A stretch of 43,714 nt of DNA from positions 1 through 43,714 of the IMG/VR virus record IMGVR_UViG_3300033067_001172. One strand, given 5' to 3'. The number at the start of each line of letters is the position of its first letter. Positions within the stretch are counted from its first letter, which is position 1. The position numbers and the translations under genes are program-made. Of the stretch, positions 17,250 through 27,522 are shown piece by piece. This stretch comes from a virus. Its lineage: Duplodnaviria > Caudoviricetes. The notes under the pieces were generated by a model. It saw only the letters and a program-made list of their open reading frames with translations, did no database searches and was not told the origin of the DNA.

Positions 17250-18541
17250 CCCTTTTCTGCCTTCTCTGCTTTGAATAGTTTTGCGAGGAACGATTCAGCC
17301 TTCTTCTTACTGCCTGCGTGTGAGCGTGGGATGACAATTTCGCCAGGCGATAATTGTGCCGGAACAACGTCATTCTGTGGGCTATTTCCTGGGACTGGAG
17401 CAGAACCTCGAACGACACCACCCTGTGAGTATTTCTTAGTCTTGCGCTGCTGCTGATGCTGAGCGCGAACTCCTCCGGAGTCCCAGGTCTGATTAGTTGC
17501 TGCCTGTCCAGTTGTGAGGTTACTTACGAGGTTTGCCCAGATGGAAGGTTCCGGAACGCGTCCGCCTTCGCTCATTTTAGTCCCACCGCCCTTACCGCCT
17601 ATTGCAGCAAGTCCGCCTCCAATTCCGGCGTTAACTAGGTTCTGCATAAAAGCAGTCTGCCCCTGCGCCCGAGCTTGTTGGGCTACGTAAGGCGCTCCGG
17701 CAGACTGAATGAGTGGTGCTTGAGCTCCTGAGAGTGCGGCAAGTGAGGAACCGTGCAGTCCGGTTCGAGAGTTAAGCATTCGGTTCTGGAAAATTCCAGC
17801 TGTTCCGATTTGATTAAATCCGCGCGCTTGGAGGTCAATGCCTTGGCGTTGACCCCCTAGTAGGTTAGCTAAATTGCTTGCACCCTGAAAGGCATCCTGA
17901 AAGCGCCCGTAATTTTGCTGATCTTGCTGCATTCCGAATTGCGCTGATTGAGTCGCTCCAGCGAGGTCGAATTCGCGAAGTGCCTTACTGCCTATTGAGG
18001 AAGTTTCAGCTCCAGGTCCGTATTGGCTCTGAAGTGAATTCACGAGCTTTTGACGTTCGGCTTGCCGTTGAGCCTCAAAGGGTGCGTAAGCAGCCGGAAC
18101 TCGCCCACTCTGAGGTGATTGATAGCCTTCGCGAAGCATGCTGAGTGCTTTCTGGCTTGCTTCCATGAGTGCGGGATCAATTGAAGCAAGTAGTCTCTCA
18201 TCAGCAGCGAGTTGTTTTCCACCCATTGCAAGGGCCTGTTCCTGCGCTTGCAGTTCTGCCGGAGTTGCCTGTGCGAGGGACATGATGTCGCGTTCTCCGC
18301 GAGCTGACTCCCCCATGATTGCGTCGCGGGATTCTCGAGCCTGTCTGAGCTGTGCCATTGATGCTAGACCTGCTGCGTCTGCGGCACCCCGACCCGTAAG
18401 GTCTCCCCAGAGGTCATCAAGAGGGTTGCCCGAGCTTAGACCTCCAAGACCTTTAGGTAATAGGAGGGATGCGCCACTCGTAACGGGAGCTAATGCCCCT
18501 TGAACAACAGTACCAACTATTCCACCGCCGCCACTTCCCAT
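17246..18541 (-). CDS. Putative DNA ejection/pilot protein
   Basis: G/A/Q-rich; GGVV.G...NDVVPAQLSPGEIV motif seen in ejection and tape-measure proteins; follows a GNAT gene. Confidence 0.7.
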   Translation of the reverse strand: MGSGGGGIVGTVVQGALAPVTSGASLLLPKGLGGLSSGNPLDDLWGDLTGRGAADAAGLASMAQLRQARESRDAIMGESARGERDIMSLAQATPAELQAQEQALAMGGKQLAADERLLASIDPALMEASQKALSMLREGYQSPQSGRVPAAYAPFEAQRQAERQKLVNSLQSQYGPGAETSSIGSKALREFDLAGATQSAQFGMQQDQQNYGRFQDAFQGASNLANLLGGQRQGIDLQARGFNQIGTAGIFQNRMLNSRTGLHGSSLAALSGAQAPLIQSAGAPYVAQQARAQGQTAFMQNLVNAGIGGGLAAIGGKGGGTKMSEGGRVPEPSIWANLVSNLTTGQAATNQTWDSGGVRAQHQQQRKTKKYSQGGVVRGSAPVPGNSPQNDVVPAQLSPGEIVIPRSHAGSKKKAESFLAKLFKAEKAEKG

Positions 18542-18544
18542 GAT

Positions 18545-18898
18545 TTAACCCCCTTTAACGGATTCTGCCGGAACTTGCTTCCGTAACCAAATCTTACCTT
18601 GTTCCGCCTGAAAAGGCACGAAACCGTAATTTAGCTGAGCCCTCAGACTCAATCCGCAAGTATTAGATGTCACATTTACGTTTGTAATTAGTAAAGGTTT
18701 GTTTCGTTCCCTCGCTAAGGTTTCAAGTTCCAACATGAAGAGTGATGCAACTCCGGACTGCCTGCAGAGTGGAATAACGTAACAGTCCCGGACAAAGATA
18801 TAGTTTGGAAACTCAATGAAGGTTATGAAACCCGTTTCGTTCTCAATGGTTTCAGCACCTTCGACTTCTTCGCAGTAGCGGGCCCATAAGCTATTCAT
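18545..18898 (-). CDS. GNAT-family acetyltransferase
   Basis: YVIPLCRQSGVA acetyl-CoA motif and YGF motif; usual slot between tail and ejection genes; ATG 18898 preferred. Confidence 0.8.
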   Translation of the reverse strand: MNSLWARYCEEVEGAETIENETGFITFIEFPNYIFVRDCYVIPLCRQSGVASLFMLELETLARERNKPLLITNVNVTSNTCGLSLRAQLNYGFVPFQAEQGKIWLRKQVPAESVKGG

Positions 18899-21381
18899 TA
18901 GTCGAAGTACTCCCATACTACTATAAGGCCACTTCCTCCAGCGGCGCCGACAAAGCCATTCGTACCGGCAGAACCACCTGATCCTCCAGCCCCAACTGAG
19001 TAAGCGTAAGAGCTGGCGAGTAAGTGCGAGGGGATTGTTAAGTCAATATAAGCTCCGGCTCCCCCACCGACGCCCGTGAAAGTTCCATTCGTAGCGCCCG
19101 TGCCTCCGCCTCCGCCGCCCCCACCTGAATTGGTTTCAGCTACAGTACCCGAACCTGAGTACTGGCTGTCACCGGCGCCGCCTAGTGGATTCTCACCGCC
19201 TCGACCGCCTGCTAAGAGGACGTTTGCTTGGTTCTGATTACCGCCGCCTCCGCGTCCTCCGGTAATTCCGAAGGCTAAAACTGCAAGTGCAGAAGTAAGT
19301 GTTACGGCGCCCCCAGCTCCGCCCTGCTGAGTGGAGGGAGCTCCTCCGCCAGAGCCTCCAGCTGCTGTGATGTCGGAACCGAAAGTAGTACTGCCGCCAG
19401 AAGAACCACCGCCTCCGCCTCCGGTACCAGAACCTCCACCGCCGCCACCGCCACCTGAAACTAAAAGCCGCATACGGGTACAACCTTGAGCTGTCGTATG
19501 GGTTCCGGTTCCCGACGAGTAACGAGTCACCTTAAATAGGGTAGACCTAGGGGGGGAATTCGTAATGTTAGTCGGAACGGCTGCCCAAGTACCTGCTGTG
19601 GTCTGGGTCGAATCCATAACTGCCAGGAGAAGTCCCGGCACGGAAGACAGAGCTCCTATTGCGTAGAGGAGACTTCCGGAGTCAGCATTACCCGCTTCAG
19701 CTGTCGTCGTGAGGGCCGCTCCGGAACCGAAGGGCGAAGAGGAGACGCTGAGGTAAGGTATCCCGTTATTACTAACTAGGCCAAGGTACATCTTTGCGGC
19801 TGTTGCGTTTGAGTGCCCTAACGTCGAACCACTCGCTACAACGAGGGAAATGAAGCTTGGAATCTGAATATACTTTGCTTGCTCAGTAGTATTGTAAGCA
19901 TTAATTCTGAACTTAGTTAGGGGGTTCGCGTGCATAATGAGCGTAAGCGCATTAGACGCTACTTCAGCAGTTACCTTTAGGTTCTTTTCATGCGTGTCCT
20001 GGTAATCGATGCACGCAACGAAATCCTGAGAGTCATTGTTGTAAACTTGTCCAATGCAGCGCCACGTATGGAATGGGTGATAAAGTCCTTTAAGGTCATG
20101 AGTCCTGTCAAAGGGTGCGATGTTGGAGATTATGCGATCTCCGGACTCTTTGAGGTACAGATAGTAAACTGTTGAGGCAGATTCACTTACGCCCGAGTCG
20201 AAATCTGTAGAAGTACTCCATTGAAGTCGGTCGAAAATCATGTTGGTTGTCGTACCGTAAACGGAAATCTTTGCGTTTGTGTTCCGACTAATTACAGCCG
20301 TCGCTGAAGCACGTTCGAGATCCGCAGTACAGGTTGATTCGAAATTCTTAAAGAAGTCGAATCCCCGAGCTGCGACTGTATTTGTAGTGTCCTGAAGGCA
20401 CAAGCCTATGAGGTTTCCGTCAAGGTCAGCCCAGGAGCCTGAGTAGTACTTCCACTTACTTGCGCTGAGGTCGAACCAGTAATCCCCGATTGCGGGGCTC
20501 GTCGGCTCGTCGGCGGAGACTGTCGGATTGGTGTAACCCGGCTGAAGCGTGCTGTCTGACTTCGCGTAGATCCAGGTCAGCTTCATGAGCGTAATTGTAT
20601 CGTTATCAGTGAAGGCGGCTCGCGGAATTGGAGCGTCCGCACTGTCAAAGAAGTAACCTCGATGAGCGTTACTGAGTTGAGTCGCTGAATCGACTCGCGC
20701 GATGAAATACTCGGTCGTGGAACCTGCGAGCTTAAACCCTGCGAGTTTACCTGTGAGGTTTGAAATCTCAGTTCCCATTGCGTCGACCTGAATTGTCGTT
20801 CCATACTCACCGCACATCTTAGTCCAGGCTTCGTCATTCGTTCCTGGCATGTTGACGAGGGCAGTATTGTTCGAGGAGGGAGCCGCAGTCAGGCCCGTCG
20901 CAGTGACGTTACTTGAAATGGTGACGGCAGTACTTTCGTAGTAGAAGACGAAAGGAGTCGTTGCTCCGGCAAGGGTAACTGTACGAGCTGCTCCATTAGG
21001 GACAAGGAAGAGGGGCTGACTGCTTCCAGTTCGTACGCGTCCAGAGGAGATGCGATTAGCTAGAGCTGCTGTTCCGAGAGCTGACGTAAGCTCACCTAGA
21101 CTCGAGGATGCAGTCTGATACCAGTACGTAGTTCCGGTACCTTTCATTTCCTGAATCACAAAGCGGAGCCGCTCGAGTTCGCCCGCGAGTGAGGTCGCAA
21201 GAGATTCAGATCCAGACTCTCCGGGATCAGTCTGCGTCCGCATTGCAGCAGCATTCGTACTATAGTCGTCAATTCCTGAAGGAGTAAGGTACGTCAGTAT
21301 GTTGTCAATTTCAGCGTTAAGGTCTGCGTAAGTTAGAGTCTCTGCGATCCAATTCTTAATCCGAGAAAAAGTTGCGCCCAC
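18898..21381 (-). CDS. Tail fibre protein with Gly-rich C-terminal domain
   Basis: N-terminal anchor-like LNAEIDNI, P..GDYWFD motif, Gly-rich domain ending GGSGLIVVWEY. Confidence 0.8.
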   Translation of the reverse strand: MGATFSRIKNWIAETLTYADLNAEIDNILTYLTPSGIDDYSTNAAAMRTQTDPGESGSESLATSLAGELERLRFVIQEMKGTGTTYWYQTASSSLGELTSALGTAALANRISSGRVRTGSSQPLFLVPNGAARTVTLAGATTPFVFYYESTAVTISSNVTATGLTAAPSSNNTALVNMPGTNDEAWTKMCGEYGTTIQVDAMGTEISNLTGKLAGFKLAGSTTEYFIARVDSATQLSNAHRGYFFDSADAPIPRAAFTDNDTITLMKLTWIYAKSDSTLQPGYTNPTVSADEPTSPAIGDYWFDLSASKWKYYSGSWADLDGNLIGLCLQDTTNTVAARGFDFFKNFESTCTADLERASATAVISRNTNAKISVYGTTTNMIFDRLQWSTSTDFDSGVSESASTVYYLYLKESGDRIISNIAPFDRTHDLKGLYHPFHTWRCIGQVYNNDSQDFVACIDYQDTHEKNLKVTAEVASNALTLIMHANPLTKFRINAYNTTEQAKYIQIPSFISLVVASGSTLGHSNATAAKMYLGLVSNNGIPYLSVSSSPFGSGAALTTTAEAGNADSGSLLYAIGALSSVPGLLLAVMDSTQTTAGTWAAVPTNITNSPPRSTLFKVTRYSSGTGTHTTAQGCTRMRLLVSGGGGGGGGSGTGGGGGGSSGGSTTFGSDITAAGGSGGGAPSTQQGGAGGAVTLTSALAVLAFGITGGRGGGGNQNQANVLLAGGRGGENPLGGAGDSQYSGSGTVAETNSGGGGGGGGTGATNGTFTGVGGGAGAYIDLTIPSHLLASSYAYSVGAGGSGGSAGTNGFVGAAGGSGLIVVWEYFD

Positions 21382-21389
21382 GGGTCACC

Positions 21390-22967
21390 TCAAGTTGTTT
21401 TTTGTGCCTTCTCGCTTCCGAGTCTAAATCCTACTGTAATTGAGGAGACCTGGAAACTTTCATTACTTCCGGAATTATAAAATCTCGCACTGAACGTACG
21501 TCCGCTTGCTCGCAGCCTCCGCACGGCAGTCTCTGTGTTCGCCTGCGCGAGTCTGTCAGTGTCGAGGAGTAAGTAGTTCAGTTGCGAGTTCGAGTCCTGA
21601 ACCATTGGGAATGTAATCGTCTCAACGAAACGTCCGTCGACGTAATAGTCGCAGCTCAAGTTCCCGGACGATTCAGGCACGTAAGTTACTGCGAGCCAGT
21701 CGAATTGCTTCTCCTTCGCGCTGAGTGACTGATCCGCGAAGCTAAAGTCGTGATGCGGAGTCTGGAAGTCCCCAGTGTAGGCAGTCGCTCCGCCTTCGAT
21801 GCGATCTTCGCGGTCACAGAGGTGTACGAATCCGCTTGCGTCCCCGTACATGGGACGAAGGATTTCGTTTTGATCCTTGTAGTGTGCGAGGCACTGCGGA
21901 GTCCCTTTGAGCCAGTAACTTATTCGGGGCTGATCCGGACGCGCTACGTCTAGGACAAGGAGGCAGTTGTTTGTCGTAATGTAGCCAGAGCGGTACGTTG
22001 CGAAGAGTTGTTTCTTTTCCGAGTAAAAAAGTACGTGCTGCTCAGTGAGTCCGACCTTACTTGTGTTTGCGCGGTGAAAGGATTCAACGCCAGACTGCTG
22101 AAGTACGTCTGCTGCCTCGACGTTTCCGAGTTTCTGAGTCGCGGCGTAACTCGTAAGAGTACCTGTCGTGTTACCTGCGAGTAAATCGTCTAGGACTTCT
22201 GCGATCGCATTCGGAGCACTGAGACCGAAGTTACTTGCGAGTTTCACCCAGTACCAGTTGTCGGAATCTGCGTCGGAATCCTCGAGGTAGTAAACGAAGC
22301 CGCCGTCCTTGAATGCGAAGAGTCTGCCTTTGTAGACATAAGCTCCCCGGAGCTCGCCCCCCTCGCCCGGATAAACCGAAAGTGCGAGGTAATTTGAGGT
22401 GAAGGTTTCGTGATTAGTCGTTGAGGACGCGTAGGCGATCTGCTTAGCAAAGGCCCAAAGTCTGCTCCTGTGAACTACTCCGAATTTAGGATAGCGGCCT
22501 ACGGCCCAATCTGTAGCTGGAGAATCGATTACTGCGAATGTAGTTCCGTCCCCTTCGAGTACGTAGGGGTTCGTACGTCCGTTCGTAAAGAGAAAGAGTT
22601 TCTTCGTCGCGGATGCAGTTTCCTGTCCGCCTTCAGCGAAGATGCAATTCGGATCCAGTGTCCCAATACTTGAGTTAATCGTAACAAAAGTACGGTCTCG
22701 ACCTTTGCTGATTACCCCAGTCGAAGTTACTGCAATAAGTCTCTGCGTTGCAGTATCAGGCCACCAATCATGAATTGCTATGATTCCCGCAGAGAGCGCG
22801 TCTGCATTGTATTTAATCGTGCCTGGGGCTTTCTGCACAGAACCGTTCGAGAAGGTTACGTTCTTAGCGTAAATTAGGGCTCCCGGCGGCACTTTATCGG
22901 GAGGGACGTCCGTAAGGAGCCCTAAGTCACCTAATGGAATCTTAACTGAATTACCACGGTAAGCCAC
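21390..22967 (-). CDS. Tail nozzle/stabilisation protein (P22 gp10/T7 tubular B-like)
   Basis: GLLTD.P...PPGAL..AKNV start, beta-propeller-like pattern, position after the adaptor. Confidence 0.75.
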   Translation of the reverse strand: MAYRGNSVKIPLGDLGLLTDVPPDKVPPGALIYAKNVTFSNGSVQKAPGTIKYNADALSAGIIAIHDWWPDTATQRLIAVTSTGVISKGRDRTFVTINSSIGTLDPNCIFAEGGQETASATKKLFLFTNGRTNPYVLEGDGTTFAVIDSPATDWAVGRYPKFGVVHRSRLWAFAKQIAYASSTTNHETFTSNYLALSVYPGEGGELRGAYVYKGRLFAFKDGGFVYYLEDSDADSDNWYWVKLASNFGLSAPNAIAEVLDDLLAGNTTGTLTSYAATQKLGNVEAADVLQQSGVESFHRANTSKVGLTEQHVLFYSEKKQLFATYRSGYITTNNCLLVLDVARPDQPRISYWLKGTPQCLAHYKDQNEILRPMYGDASGFVHLCDREDRIEGGATAYTGDFQTPHHDFSFADQSLSAKEKQFDWLAVTYVPESSGNLSCDYYVDGRFVETITFPMVQDSNSQLNYLLLDTDRLAQANTETAVRRLRASGRTFSARFYNSGSNESFQVSSITVGFRLGSEKAQKTT

Positions 22968-22969
22968 AA

Positions 22970-24289
22970 TTAGTCGTTCCCGGCATCATAGCCATAACTG
23001 AGTTTGCGTTTCAGAGCTGAGAGGTCCGCGCGAGGGGTAATTCCGCCGAAATTAGGGTCCGTGCGCTTAAGTTGTGCTCTGTGCGCGGCCTGCATGAGGA
23101 GTAACTGAGCCTTAGCGAATTGCATGTACGTTGCTGCCTTATCGTCCTCTTTGTCCGTAAGAATAAAGCACGCGGCTCCGTACTCAAGAACGTCAGAATA
23201 CTTACGCGGAACCCTCGGCACTGAAGCTGCGAGGTCTTTAAGGTCGAGAGGCACCTCGATGACGTCGACTTCGACTTTCATTGCTTCGTGAGGGTAACTG
23301 TCAAAGCGAACGACGATGCGTCCGTCCTGACCTTCCCGGAGTACCGCGAACTTACGGGGAATTCGCTGACTCACTTCACTGAGTGGGCAGTCTTCCTGAA
23401 GCGTCCGGATCTCGACCCCCTCGATGTCGCGAGAGTGGAGTCCGGCGCGGAATGCGCGCATGGGACCTACTAGTCGAGTTACTCCACCGAGTACGTAAGT
23501 CGCTACTTGCGAAGCAGCTGAAGTGTTATCCGAGTAGTCGAAGCCGAGAGTTCCAAGTACGGAACGGGCGACGTTCGTGCCTGTAGCTCCGAGGAACTTG
23601 AAGATGTCGCCACCTGTGAGGGTCGAGGTGAGCGTGAACTTTCCTGTGACTGAGTCGTAAGTGCATCCGTAAGTACTGCTGCCCCCGGCAGCCGTCGTGA
23701 TCTGCGCAGCTACGTGAGTGCCGAGTGCAGACGGAGTGTAGGCTCCTGCAGTGAGAGTTGCAGTTGCTTCAGTGCTTCCCGTGCGGATGAAGTCGAGTTT
23801 GTCGTTAATTCCGGACTCAATGTAGACGTGAGTCGGAACGACTTCGTAATCGAGCTTGAAGGCTTCGTAACTCTTACTTGCGCCGGTCGTACCAACGTAG
23901 AAGGCGTCAATCTCAAAGGCAGTCGCGGACGCAGTATGAGCTGCAATTCTGTAGACGGTTTTTTCTCCGTCGACGCGAATGTGCCAGCCCGTGAGACTGA
24001 CAGTAGGCGCCGAACTGAAGGTCCCGGCGTCGGTTCCGTTCGTGAGCGTAATCGTGCCCGTCGTGACTGGGGCCTTAAGTTCGAGGACGTAAGGGTACTT
24101 CGCGCGAGCCCAGGTCCAGGCTTCGTCGACGTTCACGTCGAAGATCAGTCCGCCTGCGAGGAGGCCGTAGTGGATTTTATTGAGGTACGTCAGGGCGTCT
24201 GATTCGTAAGGCGAGGTCCCGGACGTAGTTTCGCCCGCCCGGTTGAGGACGGCGTCGACGTAATCTGCTGTCGTTCGGAATTGTGCCAC
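22970..24289 (-). CDS. Head-tail adaptor-like protein with inserted beta domains
   Basis: Helical N-terminus with WTW; C-terminal P.VP.KY.DVL.YGA; T/G-rich central insert. Confidence 0.65.
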   Translation of the reverse strand: MAQFRTTADYVDAVLNRAGETTSGTSPYESDALTYLNKIHYGLLAGGLIFDVNVDEAWTWARAKYPYVLELKAPVTTGTITLTNGTDAGTFSSAPTVSLTGWHIRVDGEKTVYRIAAHTASATAFEIDAFYVGTTGASKSYEAFKLDYEVVPTHVYIESGINDKLDFIRTGSTEATATLTAGAYTPSALGTHVAAQITTAAGGSSTYGCTYDSVTGKFTLTSTLTGGDIFKFLGATGTNVARSVLGTLGFDYSDNTSAASQVATYVLGGVTRLVGPMRAFRAGLHSRDIEGVEIRTLQEDCPLSEVSQRIPRKFAVLREGQDGRIVVRFDSYPHEAMKVEVDVIEVPLDLKDLAASVPRVPRKYSDVLEYGAACFILTDKEDDKAATYMQFAKAQLLLMQAAHRAQLKRTDPNFGGITPRADLSALKRKLSYGYDAGND

Positions 24290-24298
24290 GTTCGACCT

Positions 24299-25645
24299 CT
24301 ATTGGTAGAATTCAGTTACTTCAATGTAGCCAGATCCGCCCGCACCGCCAGCAGCGCCACTCGTTCCAGCTCCCCCCGCAGTACCGCCACTTCCTACTGC
24401 GTAGGCGTAAGTAGCTAAAGGTGCAGAAATTAGTGCATCTATGTAACCCCCAGCGGAACCGCCAGAGCCACTGTAGTGAAGCAATATACCGCTTGCGCGG
24501 GCTCCGCCGCCACCTGAGCCTGTATTAGCCACGGCAGCACCGCCCGCCGCTGTTCCCTCGCCGCCGCCAGTTCCAGCGCCTCCGAATGGACTTACCCCTC
24601 CCATACCGCCTGCTATGTCTGCTGCGCCTGAAGCTGCGTTGAGACTTGAACCACCACCAGAAGCACCTTGAATTGAGGTGCCGATTGGCCCAGTCCCGAG
24701 TGAGGCAGAGCCGCCCGCGTCCGAAGCTGAAGCCGCGATACCGTTATAACCTTTGCCGCCCCCGTTAGCCGCAAGTAATGCAGTACCGAAAGTAGTGTTT
24801 CCTCCGGCAGTAGCAGCTGTACCTGCTGAGGTTCCGCTACTGCCGCCACCACCACCACCACCTACCATTCTTACGCGCAGGTAGAGTGGTTTGGGGTTTG
24901 TAGGCAACGTATAAGTGCCGGAACTGGACGTGAAGGTTTGAATAGTCGGGGCTTTAGGAACCGGATAGTCCCCCGAGACAATTGCGGAAGGCGCATTTGT
25001 CCAAGCGAAAGAAGCTGCTGGAGTGACAGTTACGCGTCCTAGGTACTTCACGGGCTTTGAAGTCTGCGCCGCAGTCGAGTAGAGCGTATTAATTGTGTCT
25101 GCTCCGCCCGCTCCCCCCTCTGCAGTTGAGCTGGCGACGACACCTTCGTAAAGCATGTTACCGTTAACGACTCCGAGGACAGTCGCGGAGTCCGTATAGA
25201 TTCCGTAAACGTGAAGGGTGCAGACTGAAGTCGCGGTGCAACCCAGTGCGGAGCCGTTACTCACTACGACGGAGAGGGCAGCCGCAACTGAGGATTTAGT
25301 CACGGTTCCAGTCGTAGCGGTTGCGTTTCTATAACTGAGTACGCAGGGACTTGCAGCACTTGGATCGGCTCCCGCTCCGTCCTTAAGGGCAATCGTAAGG
25401 GCTGAGCTTGCGACTGAAGCCGCGAGGGAGCAATTCGAAATTGCCGGAGCTGCGACAGCATTCTGAGCCGCAGAGAAAATGGTCCCGTCCTGAAGGTAAA
25501 TTTTATTTTTAAGGACTTTCACTCCGTCGGAGTAGTAGATTACGGCTTGAGGTCCGCCCGGCGCTGCCTTCGTCGTAAACGCAGAGAGCATCGAAAGTAC
25601 AAAGAGAAACCCGGCGAGGATGATATTGGGTTTTCGTTCCATCAC
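24299..25645 (-). CDS. Fibre-like Gly-rich protein with predicted signal peptide
   Basis: Shares its middle and Gly-rich domains with 18898-21381; N-terminus ERK-IILAGFLFVLSMLSAF-TTKA. Confidence 0.75.
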   Translation of the reverse strand: MMERKPNIILAGFLFVLSMLSAFTTKAAPGGPQAVIYYSDGVKVLKNKIYLQDGTIFSAAQNAVAAPAISNCSLAASVASSALTIALKDGAGADPSAASPCVLSYRNATATTGTVTKSSVAAALSVVVSNGSALGCTATSVCTLHVYGIYTDSATVLGVVNGNMLYEGVVASSTAEGGAGGADTINTLYSTAAQTSKPVKYLGRVTVTPAASFAWTNAPSAIVSGDYPVPKAPTIQTFTSSSGTYTLPTNPKPLYLRVRMVGGGGGGGSSGTSAGTAATAGGNTTFGTALLAANGGGKGYNGIAASASDAGGSASLGTGPIGTSIQGASGGGSSLNAASGAADIAGGMGGVSPFGGAGTGGGEGTAAGGAAVANTGSGGGGARASGILLHYSGSGGSAGGYIDALISAPLATYAYAVGSGGTAGGAGTSGAAGGAGGSGYIEVTEFYQ

Positions 25646-25683
25646 TCTGCCTCCTTTAGTTTTGCTAATTAATTAGTTTTAAT

Positions 25684-25998
25684 TTAGTAATGCAAGTTAA
25701 TCGTAAGTTCGCCCGTCGTGACGTTAGCCGAGACGGCTTTCACTGCCAGACGTTGACCCTTGCTGAGTTTTAGCGGAATGAGTCCGTTACCGCCAGGGAT
25801 GACGTGGACTAGGTCGACTTCGGAACTCGCAGCGCCAATGCCGAGTTTCATCGTAGCGCCACCAGTGTCGAGGATTTCAGCGTGGCGTGCGTGCTCGTCG
25901 AGGGCGGAGTCGAGTTCGAACCAAGTAGCAGTCGTTACGTTATTAGTCGCGTAGTTAACTCGTATCTGCTGAACTACGATTCCGCTTGCGTCACTCAC
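25684..25998 (-). CDS. Putative small virion protein
   Basis: Beta-rich 104-aa ORF in the structural operon. Confidence 0.65.
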   Translation of the reverse strand: MSDASGIVVQQIRVNYATNNVTTATWFELDSALDEHARHAEILDTGGATMKLGIGAASSEVDLVHVIPGGNGLIPLKLSKGQRLAVKAVSANVTTGELTINLHY

Positions 25999-26435
25999 TT
26001 TTTAGCCTCCGGCTTTAGCCCCGCTGAGGGAGCTTGTTGTTTTAATGCGGCTGCCTGCTCTGCTCGGAGCGCGGCTAGTTCCGCCTGAAGTGCTGCATTC
26101 TGAGTTTTAATGTCTTGCATTTCGAGCGCAGCCTGTTCGTCCTGACCTAATGGTCTGACGTAATCGACGTGCGCGGCAGTGAAATCGAATTTCTGAGCCT
26201 TCTTACCCGTCTTTTCGTCGATAACTTCAATCAGACGTCCTGCGGGTTCGTTATTTTCGAACCAAAGATTCTTACTGCCTGTAGGCCATTCGAAGGCCTT
26301 CTCGCCGCCGATGAAATGAAGCCGGTAAGGACGTACTTCTACGATCTTACCGAACTTGTCCCGCTTGTGAGTGTTTAAGTCAAAGCGGGCTTCGTTTGCT
26401 TTAGTTTGTGCGGCAGCTGCTGCTTTCGGATTCAC
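25995..26435 (-). CDS. Hypothetical protein with C-terminal coiled coil
   Basis: GAGGAG RBS; in the operon. Confidence 0.7.
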   Translation of the reverse strand: MNPKAAAAAQTKANEARFDLNTHKRDKFGKIVEVRPYRLHFIGGEKAFEWPTGSKNLWFENNEPAGRLIEVIDEKTGKKAQKFDFTAAHVDYVRPLGQDEQAALEMQDIKTQNAALQAELAALRAEQAAALKQQAPSAGLKPEAKK

Positions 26436-26479
26436 TTAAGTTCTCCTCAGTTGGTTTGTTTCTCGTTGTTCGAGAAATG

Positions 26480-26983
26480 TTACCAACCAATTACCTCGAC
26501 TTCAATTGTTTGTGCTGCAATTGCCAGGGCACTCGCTTCGGCTAGAGCTGCCGCAGCTAGGGTCGTCGATACAACGCCGCCGAGAGTCGCAGAGTTTGCG
26601 CCTGCGATGGTGATGTTAGTCGCTGATTCCTTGCCGAGGGTAAGTGTCTTAGCGGAGATTGCATCCGTGCTTGCCGCTGCCTGACCCGCGATGATCTTGA
26701 CGTCGTGGGTGTGCGTCTGCGCAGGGGCCTGAAGGACTACGAGTTTCTCAGCACTTTGATCGTACTGGAAGCGGTAGCCTGAAGTCCCCTGATCGACGAC
26801 AATGAGGCTTTCGATGATGTTTGGGCAGCCCAGTTTCGCCTTCGAAATCGGTATCCCGTTTGCTGGAACTGTAAGAGCTCCATCACCGAATGCGATGGAC
26901 GCCCGGATGCTCTTCCGTGAGTTTCCGAGCGTCCTCTTGGTTAGTATTGAATAGGTGAGATCACCTGCTGCTAAATCAGCCAT
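26480..26983 (-). CDS. Putative head decoration/fibre protein
   Basis: GY.FQYD....KL.V motif, A/T-rich; AAGGAG RBS; downstream of the capsid gene. Confidence 0.6.
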   Translation of the reverse strand: MADLAAGDLTYSILTKRTLGNSRKSIRASIAFGDGALTVPANGIPISKAKLGCPNIIESLIVVDQGTSGYRFQYDQSAEKLVVLQAPAQTHTHDVKIIAGQAAASTDAISAKTLTLGKESATNITIAGANSATLGGVVSTTLAAAALAEASALAIAAQTIEVEVIGW

Positions 26984-27010
26984 TTTTTCGCTCCTTTAGT
27001 CAGTTAGTGA

Positions 27011-27463
27011 TTAAGCTGAAGCGACCCAGTCGCCACAGTTACTTACCGCTTCAGATACTACTTCGTAATCGAAACCGTAGAAGCCAGTGCCTGCTGCAGT
27101 GCCGGGATCAGCCGCTTGAGTTGTCTGCTCGAAGGAGATTTCATCTCCAGGGTAGCAGAGTACGGGTTCGATATTCTTGTAAAGGACCTTACCGACTGCT
27201 GTAGTGTCGGGAATCGTAATGGTTGCCATTTGAACTTCGCCTGAAGCTGACGCTATTGTCGGACGTCGATTCACTTCGACTACAGGTGCAGTTGTCGTAG
27301 CATCGACTAGTAGGTTTACAATAAAGTAGAAGCCCGTGACCTTAATTGGTCGCAGTACGTAGTAACCGCCATAGACTGCATTAGCAGCGGCCAAATTTTC
27401 AGCTGTATCATGAGCGTTCGACGCTCTTACGATTGCGTGGCTCGCTTGTTTGTTCGGATACAT
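27011..27463 (-). CDS. Putative capsid decoration protein
   Basis: Beta-rich; immediately after the capsid gene; AGGAG RBS. Confidence 0.6.
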   Translation of the reverse strand: MYPNKQASHAIVRASNAHDTAENLAAANAVYGGYYVLRPIKVTGFYFIVNLLVDATTTAPVVEVNRRPTIASASGEVQMATITIPDTTAVGKVLYKNIEPVLCYPGDEISFEQTTQAADPGTAAGTGFYGFDYEVVSEAVSNCGDWVASA

Positions 27464-27522
27464 TTGTTAAATCTCCTAAGTAGAAAGTGTTTAATTAATT
27501 AACTTCAAGTAAGGTAGTTCCA

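Noticed and set aside
18898-19460. GGN-rich tracts as DNA tandem repeats (also 24330-24865)
   Set aside because: Explained by glycine codons of the fibre tip domains.
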